Assembly (NCBI GenBank): GCA_037138855.1
Contig: JBAXHO010000001.1
Span: forward strand, 6,105 to 70,104
Length of the DNA stretch: 64,000 nucleotides
Direction of reading: 5' to 3'
Source: a bacterium
GTDB lineage: Bacteria; Patescibacteriota; Dojkabacteria; B142; OLB20
The notes beneath the pieces are model-generated. The model was given only the letters and a program-made list of their open reading frames with translations. It did not search any database and was not told where the DNA came from. Shown in pieces: positions 28,445-38,661 of the stretch (position 1 is the first letter of the stretch; the number at the start of each line of letters is the position of its first letter). Both the position numbers and the translations under genes were made by a program.

Positions 28445-29407
28445 ATGAGTAGACTAGTTGTCACCTCCGGGTGTAATTATGCTGATATTGATGTGTTAGC
28501 CTGTGTTGTGGCATATACGGAATTGCAAAGGTTACTGGGTAAAAATGCTGTGACATTACTCGAGGCTCCCTTCAATGAATCAGTTCCGAGGACAATTCGG
28601 AGTTGGGAAATGCCAATTGTTCGGAAATATGTAGCTGAAGGCGGCGATCAATTTGCAGTTGTTGATGTTTCAGAAGCGAAGTATTTTGCGAAGTTTATAC
28701 AGGAAGAACAAATAGCAGTTCTGATTGATCATCATTTTGGGCATGAAGATTACTGGCAGCAGAAATTAGGCAATAACAGTATTATCGAACCAGTAGGATC
28801 ATGTGCGACTTTGATTTGGGAAGAATGGAGGAAAGCGAATTGCGTCCTGAAACAAGTTCAGGATCGAATTTCGAAGCTCAGTGCTAATTTACTTTATACG
28901 GCAATTATTTCCAATTCTTTGAATTTACAGGCGCAGATTACCAAAGAATCGGACAGGCAAGCTGCAGAAGAATTATTGCAATATACAGATTTGCCAAAAA
29001 ATTGGCTTGAGGTTTATTATCAGGAAGTTGAGCAAATTATTTTAGAATCTGGAACAAATTTAATCCAGTTAGCAATCAATTACAAAGATTATCCTAGCTT
29101 TAGAATGACCATGGGGCAATTGGAGCTCTGGGATGGTAAGACATTTATCTATAAATATCGGGAAAAATTGTTGACTGAATTGAAAAATGTCCAAAGTGAT
29201 TACCTTTTTTATTCCATTCCCAGCATTGGTGAAAATTGTAATTACCTACTTACCTTCAGACAAAAAGAGCGTGATTTTCTCAGCAAATTGTTTCCAGTTA
29301 GCTGGAATGGCGATATCGGAGTAACTGAAAAACTTTGGTTACGGAAGGAGATCAAGCAGCTGGCCGGGAAATTTATTTTTTGTAACCCCCGGCGAATTAA
29401 TAAGTAA
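28445..29407 (+). CDS. DHH family phosphoesterase (Mn-dependent pyrophosphatase/exopolyphosphatase-like)
   Basis: YADID, VVDVS, IDHH, VGSCATLI. Confidence 0.85.
   Translation: MSRLVVTSGCNYADIDVLACVVAYTELQRLLGKNAVTLLEAPFNESVPRTIRSWEMPIVRKYVAEGGDQFAVVDVSEAKYFAKFIQEEQIAVLIDHHFGHEDYWQQKLGNNSIIEPVGSCATLIWEEWRKANCVLKQVQDRISKLSANLLYTAIISNSLNLQAQITKESDRQAAEELLQYTDLPKNWLEVYYQEVEQIILESGTNLIQLAINYKDYPSFRMTMGQLELWDGKTFIYKYREKLLTELKNVQSDYLFYSIPSIGENCNYLLTFRQKERDFLSKLFPVSWNGDIGVTEKLWLRKEIKQLAGKFIFCNPRRINK
28836..28869 (+). repeat. 34-bp palindromic dispersed element, copy inside a CDS
   Basis: CGAATTGCGTCCTGAAACAAGTTCAGGATCGAAT; see 12572-12605. Confidence 0.8.
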
Positions 29408-29439
29408 GAGCAGTATTTAATTTATTAGAAAAACAAAAA

Positions 29440-29958
29440 ATGCCAAATAAACTTCTCTTCAAGGTATTTTCAGTTATGGCAGTAGTTATTTTTTCAGGAG
29501 TGCCGATGGCTTTGACAGCTGAGGCAGCTGTTCGGGATACAGTTTCTCCAACTAAAATCGAAAATCGCTGTGAGATTATCACAGCACGAGTAGATTTAAT
29601 TTTGTCGCGTTATGCTGCCCATAAAGTACGTTATGATGAGAGATTCCAAAAGGTTAGTGAAAAATTAACAGCGTTAATTCCAGTTTTGAAAACTAAAGGT
29701 TACGATACTACCAAGTTGGAAGCTGATTTAACTCAATTGAATCAATACCGTGAGCAATTTAAAACATCCTATCAGGATTATATTAACCACCTGAATCAGT
29801 CTAAGACATTGGCTTGTGGGAATAGCGAAGGTGCTTTCAAAGCAGAAATTGAAGCGGCAAGGACTGATTTACAAAAAGTACGAGAATTATCACTGCAAAT
29901 CAGATTATACATAATTGAAACCATCAAACCTGATTTACAGGCCTCGAAAAAGGTATAA
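29440..29958 (+). CDS. Secreted alpha-helical hypothetical protein
   Basis: Signal peptide, coiled-coil-like body, two Cys. Confidence 0.8.
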   Translation: MPNKLLFKVFSVMAVVIFSGVPMALTAEAAVRDTVSPTKIENRCEIITARVDLILSRYAAHKVRYDERFQKVSEKLTALIPVLKTKGYDTTKLEADLTQLNQYREQFKTSYQDYINHLNQSKTLACGNSEGAFKAEIEAARTDLQKVRELSLQIRLYIIETIKPDLQASKKV

Positions 29959-29964
29959 ATAATA

Positions 29965-29994
29965 AGAGCTCCGGAATTTTAACCGGAGCTTTTT
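29965..29994 (+). terminator. Intrinsic terminator
   Basis: AGCTCCGG-loop-CCGGAGCTTTTT. Confidence 0.75.
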
Positions 29995-30022
29995 GCTATT
30001 TTGAAACTTTTAATTTAAAAAG

Positions 30023-30346
30023 ATGAATAAAAAGAATTTAATCATAATTGCTGTTGCATCTTTGCTTGTAATATTGAGTCTGGGCTTAGCTTTACAAAGA
30101 CGAATCAGCAAAAGAAATCAAGATACAGCTGCAGTGAATCAGGCAATTGATCAAGTTTTGAATGAAAAAGATGAAATCCCGGATTTAAATATTGATAATG
30201 AGCTGACAGGTACACCTGCAGTAAGTACCACTAGTACTAATGCTAATGCTGATAGTGATATTGATCAAGTGTTAAAATATCTGGAAAGTGATGTAAAGCA
30301 ACTTGATGCCAGTAGTGATTTTAAAGATTTTGGCACGGTGGAATAG
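30023..30346 (+). CDS. Membrane-anchored acidic hypothetical protein
   Basis: N-terminal TM helix, Asp-rich tail. Confidence 0.75.
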   Translation: MNKKNLIIIAVASLLVILSLGLALQRRISKRNQDTAAVNQAIDQVLNEKDEIPDLNIDNELTGTPAVSTTSTNANADSDIDQVLKYLESDVKQLDASSDFKDFGTVE

Positions 30347-30530
30347 ACTGGAAGCAGAATGAAAATTGGAATTTGCAATTTAGAGGAAAATGAAATAGTT
30401 AGAAGTTAAGAGATAAAAGTTAGAAGAGGAGAAAATTCTCTAATTTTTTTGAGCTATTAGCTCTTAGCTTTTAACTTTTAGCTTTTTAATTAACTGTCCG
30501 CTCACTGGATACCAATTACCGTTTTAACCT

Positions 30531-31034
30531 ATGTCCCGAAAATACGAAGCGGAATTTAATACATTTTATCAGAAAAGTTTTTTAGTTTTAATCAAGTATT
30601 TTTTAAGACGAGTACCGAAGTTGGTTGATGCTGAAGATTTGACAGCTGAAACATTTATTGTAATCTGGGAAAATTGGGAGAAGATTGAAAAAGAAACCAG
30701 GCAGAATTTTCTTTTTGGCATTGCCCGAAATAAGTTAAATACATATTTGAGAAAAAAATATCAACTTGAGATAAGAACCCGAGAATTTGATGAGAATACT
30801 GATCTAGAAATAGTTTCTGAGCAAAGAATTAATCCGGGAAATGCTAATTTGAAAAATATTTTAAGTGAATTAGTTAATCAGTTATCAGAACGGGAACAGT
30901 TTTTGATCAAAGCTAAATATATGAAGCACAAGACTTTTCGGGAATTGGCAGCCGAACTCAAGATTACTATCAATAATGCCAAAGTGATTCATAATCGTTT
31001 AATTAAAAACTTAAACAATCATGGCAACAAATGA
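30531..31034 (+). CDS. ECF-type RNA polymerase sigma factor
   Basis: DAEDLTAETFI, FLFGIARNK (region 2); LSERE...TFRELA (region 4). Confidence 0.9.
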   Translation: MSRKYEAEFNTFYQKSFLVLIKYFLRRVPKLVDAEDLTAETFIVIWENWEKIEKETRQNFLFGIARNKLNTYLRKKYQLEIRTREFDENTDLEIVSEQRINPGNANLKNILSELVNQLSEREQFLIKAKYMKHKTFRELAAELKITINNAKVIHNRLIKNLNNHGNK

Positions 31035-31365
31035 TTTAAACCACAATTTTGAAAAATATCTGGGTGATTCACTCAGTAATTCTGAAGAAAATTTTGATAT
31101 CCAATTAAGTCAGGTACGGGTTTTACAAAAAATAAAGGCAAAAACTCAGCAGTCGAAATGGCTGGTAATATTTAGTTATGGTTATTTAGTGTTGGCGATG
31201 GTAGTTGGACTTATTGTGATTTTTAATTTTAGTCCAACGGGTCTGAATAATTTTAGAATAAATAATACTATAAAAAATATTGATGAACAAAGCCAGGGCT
31301 TAAAAAGCGATGCAGCTGTATTCGACCAGATGGATGCAGATTTGAATGAGCTGGCTGAGCTGTAG
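31021..31365 (+). CDS. Putative single-TM anti-sigma factor
   Basis: Overlaps the ECF stop, central TM helix. Confidence 0.6.
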   Translation: MATNDLNHNFEKYLGDSLSNSEENFDIQLSQVRVLQKIKAKTQQSKWLVIFSYGYLVLAMVVGLIVIFNFSPTGLNNFRINNTIKNIDEQSQGLKSDAAVFDQMDADLNELAEL

Positions 31366-31500
31366 GAGGAAGATCGAATAGCGCAGGGCGAATTTTGGTA
31401 GTACTACCTTTATAAAATTGGATATAGAATTATTAAATATTCAGTTTTCAGTAGAAAAAAGTGGAATCTTTGTGGGATAATCAGAAAAGTTTGATAAAAA

Positions 31501-32109
31501 ATGATTGAAGTCCCTTCAAGAGTAATAGTATATGAACCCCCTATTGTTTTGCTTGCTACTCCACAAAATAAATTTTCTCCAGATAATAAACCTGGCCATC
31601 AAATTATAACTGGTCAGGTAATAATTAAAGAAATACAATACAATTCTTATTGTGAAGAATATGGTAATGCTATTTTCATTACTTTACATGATAGTTTAAG
31701 TAAGTTAATTCTTTCTGTTACTGGAGTAGTAGGTGATCATTTGACAGTTAGATTACGAGATGATGTTGAAAATTACATTTTGCGAGATTGTCCTGTGTCT
31801 GCTTTACTTCAACCAGCAAGTTTATGTGTTAATGAGGAGCAAAATTTAACAGACGAAGTGATTCCTGGGGATTTATTGGGTAATATTAGTACAGTGATCT
31901 TTACTAAAAAAATTGCAGCAGATACACCAGATATTCGGATAACAGATTTACAAAAAATATTTGAATTAATAGTTCAGGCAAATCAGTATGCACTAGCAAT
32001 TCCAGGAGCAACGCAGCTTTTACAATATTATCTCAAAAGATCTCAAGGAAATAGAGCAATGACATTCGAGGAGTTTATACAGAAAAAAAGTCAAACAGCT
32101 GAACCATAA
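31501..32109 (+). CDS. Hypothetical protein
   Basis: 202-aa ORF, no family recognised. Confidence 0.65.
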   Translation: MIEVPSRVIVYEPPIVLLATPQNKFSPDNKPGHQIITGQVIIKEIQYNSYCEEYGNAIFITLHDSLSKLILSVTGVVGDHLTVRLRDDVENYILRDCPVSALLQPASLCVNEEQNLTDEVIPGDLLGNISTVIFTKKIAADTPDIRITDLQKIFELIVQANQYALAIPGATQLLQYYLKRSQGNRAMTFEEFIQKKSQTAEP

Positions 32110-32155
32110 ATTCCAATTTGACACATATTATAAGCTAGCTATAATTTTTCTACAG

Positions 32156-33067
32156 TCACGGACTCCAGTCAGCTTTCACATCATTAACTGCAGTTATTTT
32201 TTTACAGCGGGAATCTTTGGCACAAGCATCACTGGCTGCAGTCCAAACTACTGGAGTACAGTAGCTCACTGTACATTGTGCCTGGGTAGTTTGACGTTGC
32301 ACTGACTGACGGTCACTAGTGCACTGATTGCTACAGGCAATACCCAGACAGACATCAGCACATCCTGTGGCTGAACAGGTGCAAGTACCAGTAGCAGCAG
32401 CTGGTGTATTTGTCGGAGCAGTTGTATTTATCGGAGTAGGGGTTGGTGTATTAGCCACCATTGTAGTAGGACTAGGTCGGACCACAATACTAGGTGCAAT
32501 AGTCAAGGTTGGAGTATTACTGGATGGTAAAATTGTTCCAGGAGTTGGCGAATTAGCTGGAGGTGGATTACTAGTGGTCACAACACATTGGCAACTATTA
32601 TTACAAATTTTATTAGCATTACAGCCTTGATTGGAATAGGGTGGATCACACATTTCTCCTGAATTTAATACGCCATCACCACAAGTGGTGGTACCGGATT
32701 TTTTTTCAGTTTCTAAACGCCAGCAATATAAAACTCTAGAGATGTCATAGATATCAACTTTTTGGTCAATGGTGGTAGCAGATCCCCAGAGATCTGCACG
32801 GGTGTCGCGTGGAGTTACTTGCCAGTTCCAATTTGTCAGTACTAGATTTAAATCATAACTGTCGACCTTATTATCTTTGATGTTGTTGGCTCCGGTAATA
32901 TCAGCTTGAGAGCAGGCAGTATCCTGGGTTTGAATTAATTTCGCAAGTAAACGGGGGTCAAGACTTCCAATTTTGAGAAGCATCCAACTAGAACCAATAG
33001 TTACTAAACTTATAGCAATAGTGGAAACCAGAAAGTATAAATTTTTCTTTTTTAGTTTGATCTTCAA
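32156..33067 (-). CDS. Membrane-anchored dockerin-like protein with Cys-rich regions and a Pro/Thr linker
   Basis: Paired repeats ADI....DNKVDSYDL and ADL....DQKVDIYDI; CGDGVLNSGEMCD. Confidence 0.75.
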   Translation of the reverse strand: MKIKLKKKNLYFLVSTIAISLVTIGSSWMLLKIGSLDPRLLAKLIQTQDTACSQADITGANNIKDNKVDSYDLNLVLTNWNWQVTPRDTRADLWGSATTIDQKVDIYDISRVLYCWRLETEKKSGTTTCGDGVLNSGEMCDPPYSNQGCNANKICNNSCQCVVTTSNPPPANSPTPGTILPSSNTPTLTIAPSIVVRPSPTTMVANTPTPTPINTTAPTNTPAAATGTCTCSATGCADVCLGIACSNQCTSDRQSVQRQTTQAQCTVSYCTPVVWTAASDACAKDSRCKKITAVNDVKADWSP

Positions 33068-33085
33068 CTGAAGTTAAATTATGAA

Positions 33086-33785
33086 TTAGATGGGATGAAA
33101 TTCTTCTAATTTACGATGTCGGTGCTTTAAACCGGCAATAATTATTAATAGAATGGATATCAATATTACTCCCCAGATCGAGATGAGAAGTGTATTATTT
33201 CCTAACTTACTGATAAAAGGAATATCTCCAGTAGCAGGTAAAGGTGCTTGAGCAAGAAAGCTGGAACTGACAAATGCAGAGCTCCGGTCTACAAGAATAT
33301 TTTCTGCTCTAGTATTTAAGAGTGAGGAAGTATTATCAATTTTTATTTCGGAAAAACTGTTTTGTTTTAATTTAAAATATATTCTAGCTAGTTTGCCCTG
33401 CCCTGTGAAAGCATTTCCAGGACTTACAAATTGAGAGATTTCAATTATTCCAGGTTGAAGTTCTTGGGCTTTTACTATTTCATCAAACACACTTTGGTTA
33501 TAGTCTATCTTTAAATATTCCAGTTGATTTTGTGGAAAAATAATAACTGCATTTACTACATTTACTGATTCTGAAGCTGTATCCAGATTCAGATCTACTA
33601 CAATTGTCTCACCAGCTTGTGCCAGTAAGTTTTGTGGTGTAAGTTCAAGTTTGGCAGTGAGTTCACTGGCTAAAACTAATCGTTGAGGAAGAGATAAAAT
33701 AATTACAATTAATAAAAAAATTATTAAAAATTAAATTTTTTAGCTTAGAGTTCCAATTGGTTAGATTTTGTTGAAGAAAATTCAT
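33086..33785 (-). pseudogene. Cohesin-like protein with C-terminal LPATG-TM-basic tail; 1-nt frameshift in the signal-peptide region
   Basis: Frame stays open upstream of 33490 (LELTPQ..AGETIVVDLNLDT...VIIFPQNQL) up to about 33730. ATG at 33785 is one base out of frame across A/T homopolymers. Confidence 0.7.
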
Positions 33786-33804
33786 TAATTATTTTTGCCT
33801 GGTA

Positions 33805-34731
33805 TTAAATTGCCGTGATGGCTGCTTTTATTACTTTAGCAGATTTTTTCAATTTAGTTAATTCTGAAGCATTGAGTTTAGGAATAATTCTTTGCTGGGC
33901 GCCTTGAAAATTAAGTTGGACGGGCAAACTTAAGCAAACATTATTTAGTCCAAATTCACCTTCAAGTAGTGTGGAGAGTGGAAAAATCCTTCCAGAATTT
34001 GTCACTAACGCCTCGACGATGCTGGCAATTACTGCACCAATCCCATAATAAGTGGATTTTTTACCGGCGATAATTTTATATGCGGATTCGCGAACGTCTT
34101 TTTCTAATTGTTTGGTTTGAATTTTTTCCATTTTTAGTTTTTCTGTGATAGGTAGACCACCATAACTGGCAATACTTTCTGCGAAAAATGAGCTGTCGCC
34201 ATGTTCGCCTAGTTGATAGGCATGAATATTAATGGGATTAAGATTGAGTTTATCACTGATGAAATAGCGAATCCGGGCTGTATCCAAGGAAGTACCACTA
34301 CCAAAAACCATTCCTTGGGGCATTTTAGCCTGTTTAATTGCAAAATAAGTAACTACATCAACAGGATTAGTGACAATTAAAATATATAATGGTTTGGCCA
34401 CGGCGGTAAGTTGGTCAATTACCTGATTGACAATTTTAACATTGATTTTGGCAAGATCAAGTCTCGACTGGCCCGGTTTTTGAGCGGCGCCACAGGTTAT
34501 TATTACAATATCATTAGGTCTCACATCTTGATAAGTACCGGTAAAAACCTTGACGCCTGGTGCATACGAGCTACTTTGTTGCAAATCCATTACTTGAGCT
34601 TCCACCAATTCCTTGGCGATATCAATTAAAATAACTTCACTAACAATTTGGCGAAGCATCAAGGCATAGGCTGCTGTAGAGCCAACCATGCCAGCTCCGA
34701 TAATTACAGCACGACGATTAGGTTGAATCAT
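33805..34731 (-). CDS. ldh: L-lactate dehydrogenase
   Basis: IGAGMVG, GAAQKPGQSRLDL, TNPVD, GTSLDTAR, GEHGDS. Confidence 0.96.
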   Translation of the reverse strand: MIQPNRRAVIIGAGMVGSTAAYALMLRQIVSEVILIDIAKELVEAQVMDLQQSSSYAPGVKVFTGTYQDVRPNDIVIITCGAAQKPGQSRLDLAKINVKIVNQVIDQLTAVAKPLYILIVTNPVDVVTYFAIKQAKMPQGMVFGSGTSLDTARIRYFISDKLNLNPINIHAYQLGEHGDSSFFAESIASYGGLPITEKLKMEKIQTKQLEKDVRESAYKIIAGKKSTYYGIGAVIASIVEALVTNSGRIFPLSTLLEGEFGLNNVCLSLPVQLNFQGAQQRIIPKLNASELTKLKKSAKVIKAAITAI

Positions 34732-35115
34732 AATAATATTTTAAAAAAGTAATAAGTATTAGTGTAGCAAATTGGTGATACAAAAGAAAAGGTGGATGAG
34801 TAGTTGAAATAAAAGATTAAAATATTAACGAGTTAACGGATTAATCCTGAAATATGTTCAGGAAAAAGGATTAAAATGAAAACTGGAATCCGGAATCTGA
34901 AATCAGTAAATTAATATTAGGTTTAACAGGAGGGTTTGCAGATCTGCAAACCGTGCGGCGAGCTCTTCTCCAAATTGCTATTTGCAAATTTCAAATTGCA
35001 TAATTCTTTCAGATTTCGGATTTCATAATAACGAATTTTGCTGATGTTACGGTTTTTTTGTGATCAAGGTGGTTGCTCTTACGTTTTAGCATCTTATCTT
35101 TTAAATTTTAAACTG

Positions 35116-35478
35116 ATGAAAAAATTAATTATTTTTGTTACTGTGGGAATTTCATTACTTTTGGTAGGCTGCGGCAGTAGTAAGACATCCAGTTCTACCA
35201 ATTCTACTATTAAAAATATTGTTACGATAGTACAGTCGCAAACGTATACTATTACTGATGTTGCGAAGCATAGTACAGCTAACGATTGTTGGACAATTGT
35301 TGGTGGTAACGTTTATGATTTGACTTCATTTGTCGGACGCCATCCTGGTGGTGACGTAATATTGCAGGCTTGTGGTATTGATGGCACCAATCTGTTTAAC
35401 AATCGTAATGGTTTAGGCCCGCATCCAGGAAAAGCTGAAACGACTTTGGCGACTTTGAAGATTGGAGTAATCAAATAA
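35116..35478 (+). CDS. Cytochrome b5-like heme/steroid-binding lipoprotein
   Basis: MKK...LLVGC lipobox; VAKHSTANDCW...VYDLT..HPGG; ATG at 35116. Confidence 0.88.
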   Translation: MKKLIIFVTVGISLLLVGCGSSKTSSSTNSTIKNIVTIVQSQTYTITDVAKHSTANDCWTIVGGNVYDLTSFVGRHPGGDVILQACGIDGTNLFNNRNGLGPHPGKAETTLATLKIGVIK

Positions 35479-35625
35479 AAAAACAATTTAAGATTAAAAA
35501 GGTAAGTAACGAATTTTGACTTTCGTGTTATAATTATTTTGTTCTTTGACAATCCTTTCGACGTTCCCCACCAGAAAATAAATTTTGAAACCGATAACCG
35601 GTCACCGGATACCGATTTTTTGGTG

Positions 35626-36113
35626 GGGGATGTATGGCTTCGACAGGGAATATTACTGGTTTTTGGCAAGCCGAGGTTTTTGGATACGGAGTCCTCGTAA
35701 AACAAACTGGTCCTCCGGTTATTTTGACCGGGCCGCATAATAAGCGTCAAAACCAAATTTCAAGATTTCGTTGCTGGCGTACAGGGCACAGTTGCAGCTA
35801 TCGCTGCTTCCTTTGCTCCTGCATTAGCTTTCAACGGAGTTGTTGCCTAAACTGGAGTTTCTCCAGGGATAAGCGCGAAAGCGCGGTAACCTTCTAGTGT
35901 TCTTCTCTCCTGATGGGAGGCACTAGGAGAAACATAGTCAGGATACAAGACTTAGCAATAGCATTCTGCTAAGTCCCACGCAAAATGTCTGCTGGCGGGA
36001 ATTGGTTTTAGCTTACTTCTATCAACTTCTCGTCTAAAAATCCAAGTAAGCTACGCTTGTACACTGAGAATCGGTAAGTTTTCTGGACGCGGGTTCGATC
36101 CCCGCCATCTCCA
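35626..36113 (+). ncRNA. ssrA: tmRNA
   Basis: 5' GGGGATGTATGGCTTCGAC; 3' GGACGCGGGTTCGATCCCCGCCATCTCCA; acceptor stem GGGGATG/CATCTCC with the G3-U alanine determinant; tag ORF 35746-35850 ending VVA-stop; CCA not encoded. Confidence 0.95.
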
Positions 36114-36126
36114 TAAATTTTGCCTG

Positions 36127-36277
36127 CAAAATTTATCCCGAACTACGAATTACTAACTACGAAACGAGCCAAGCTCGACTCAACACAATAATCCAAAATT
36201 TGCGAAATTTGTATTTCGTAATTAGTAATTCGGAAAAAAGAAGAAACAAATAAAATTTATCCCGAACTACGAATTAC
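36127..36277 (+). repeat. Direct and inverted repeats downstream of ssrA
   Basis: AAAATTTATCCCGAACTACGAATTAC at about 36127 and 36252; CGAATTACTAACTACGAAA is inverted as TTTCGTAATTAGTAATTCG. Confidence 0.8.
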
Positions 36278-36299
36278 GTAAACTCTTACCAAAAATGTT

Positions 36300-36963
36300 A
36301 TATATTTATTTCAAAGACTTTATTTATTAGCCAGAATTTTTTTTCTTCTGATAATGATTTGGGTATTTCAAACGTTGTAAAATTTTTAAAAATACTATGT
36401 CGATAACCCCAATTCTTTTAAGTTGCTGAGGTTGCAAGATTCTGAGAAAAAGGCTCATAAATATAACCATCTTTTACTACGTTAGAAAGGGTTGGATCAT
36501 TCTGATCATCAATTCCAGAAAAGAGTGAAATATCATGATTTATTAGATCATTGCGGAATTCATCTAAAATTTTGCTAGATATTCTCTGACTAGTATAGAA
36601 ATAAAAAGCATCTGATTCTAAGTCCTCATGAAAAGAAAATACATTGTTGAAATGATAATTATTGAGCTGTTTGATGATACGACTTGCTTCTAAATCATCT
36701 GTATTTTCAGAAAATGACCTGTTTAAATCATTTTCATTAGAGTTCTTTCTGGTTTGTGCTTTTACGGCTGTAGGACTAGCTTCTGGTATAAATAAACAAG
36801 GTGGTAATTTATCGATATTTTCTTTCAAAAAGTCTCTTAAATCGTTAATAATACTAAACTCATCACCATGCATGCCAGAAATTATTAATAGTTCTGGATT
36901 TTCTGAATTCGTATATGATTCTATGGGAGAATTGGTTATTAATTTTAACATCCTATCCGACAT
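36300..36963 (-). pseudogene. Succinylglutamate desuccinylase/aspartoacylase (M14-like) protein, C-terminally disrupted
   Basis: GMHGDE, DLNRSF, SFHED; stop at 36418, but FTTFEIPK (the expected catalytic Glu region) appears further downstream. Confidence 0.65.
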
Positions 36964-37194
36964 GAATTCTTATTACAAAGATATGTAAGTATATCAAAAC
37001 TGCGAGTAAAAGTTAAAAATCTACTTTCCTCTCAAATTTGTATTGCAAAACAATGATTTTATTTTGTTTTTCGGGATAGAATTGGTTTTGTTGCATAATT
37101 CTTGCGTATCAAAATTATATATCTAGCGTATTATAACGATACGTTGGAGCTAGGCGTTTGATACGCGGGAGTTAATTTGGGCACATTCTAAAAT

Positions 37195-38045
37195 CTACCT
37201 TCTGGCAAAGCTCAGAATAAATATTCCGGCAGTAGCTAAAATTGTTCCAAGTGTGAGTATTTTCCAATGGAGACGGAGATGATATTCTTTGAACCAAAAG
37301 ACTCCGAAAGCTATAACGACAAGGAAATTGAGTTGGATGATATTGAACGCAATTGATGATTCCAGATTTTGGAATGCTAAAAGCATAAATACTGATGCTC
37401 CAAAATATAGAAATCCTGATGCAATTGCTGAGAATATTTCTTTATTAGTTCCTAGATTTTTTGTGGTAAATTTTTTTTGAGCTAAAGCAATTACAATTAA
37501 TGTTCCAAGAATAGAAAGTGCCCATACTAATTCCTGATTGTAAATTCCGGCGGTTTTAATCACATAATTATTAATTAATGAAACGATACCAAAAAGGATG
37601 CCGGAAGCAATTGCAAATATTACTCCGTTATTTTTTGTTCTGGTAATAAAGCTTGATTTAAGGTTGAAGACAGATGCGGAGACGAAGATTAAGCAACTTG
37701 AAAGAATAGCCAAAAACGGGTTAACTAATGATGCTTCACCTAAGATAATAAGATTCAAGATCACGCCAACCGGTCCTTGCAAATTTTTCCACTGATTTGA
37801 TCTGACAACTCCAATCTCATCAATCGCCTTGATTAGTAATGTAAAGGCAATTCCCCACAAAATACCTGCAAGTACAGAATAGAGGAGATTATGATTTAAT
37901 AGATTAAATAAGCAATTGTAGCTGTACTTGTAAAGCCAAGCGCCATTAAGATGGTATACATAAAGGGAGGCAGATGACTACCTTTTTTGGGTAATGTATA
38001 TAATCCAAAAAATAATGCTGATAGAACTGAAAAGATAATTCCCAT
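37195..38045 (-). pseudogene. GRP/DMT-family sugar transporter with frameshifts in the 5' part
   Basis: ATG at 38045 gives MGIIFSVLSALF; another frame gives GLYTLPKK; a further shift near 37900 leads into the 221-aa ORF. Confidence 0.75.
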
Positions 38046-38661
38046 AGGGATATTTTAATACTCGGGCTAAAATAATATTTTATTATCACTAGAAAATATC
38101 ACAGCAGAAACAATTTCTCGGGTTAGTTCTTTTAATGGCATGTCTGGAACATAACAATTTGATACGTTTTAGTATATTATATTTTTTCTAGATTATTCAA
38201 TATCGTGATTGTGATATTTAACTCAACTTAATGCTTCTTTATGTTTGATTACCATCTAGTCTTATCTTTAGCTGGAATACATCTTTTAAAAGTATCTCTG
38301 TCCTAAATAACGTATAGGTATTTCCTTTTATGTTTGATGACTTCTGGTTTAATTCAATTGATAGTCTTTCATTCTCACAATTGGTTTATCATCTACTGTA
38401 TTTTGATCCTAAATCAAATTATTTTGAGACGATATTTGCAAAATCTGAAACTAAGCAATTAAAGAATTACTTTGGATTTTCTTCTTTCTTGGATATAATT
38501 GGCATCAAATACTTAATTGATATTATTAATGACCACAGCTATTTTTAATAGACTTGTAGTTCAGATTGATAGAGTAGGATCTGTAACACTAAAACCAGTG
38601 GAGGACATTAACTGGAGCGCATGCAAGTACTCCTGAAGCAGATAACGCTTGTGTTGATGGG

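Noticed and set aside
29380-29420. ECF promoter motif (TGTAAC...) upstream of 29440, with similar candidates near 43250-43280 and 43760-43797
   Set aside because: The candidates do not share a convincing -10 element or spacing by eye.
35313-35897. ORFs 35313-35756 (-) and 35634-35897 (+)
   Set aside because: They overlap the cytochrome b5-like gene and tmRNA; the real tag is in another frame.
36080-36113. tRNA-Ala gene
   Set aside because: The T-arm and acceptor half pair with 35626-35632, 480 nt upstream, so this is the tmRNA 3' end; there is no anticodon arm.
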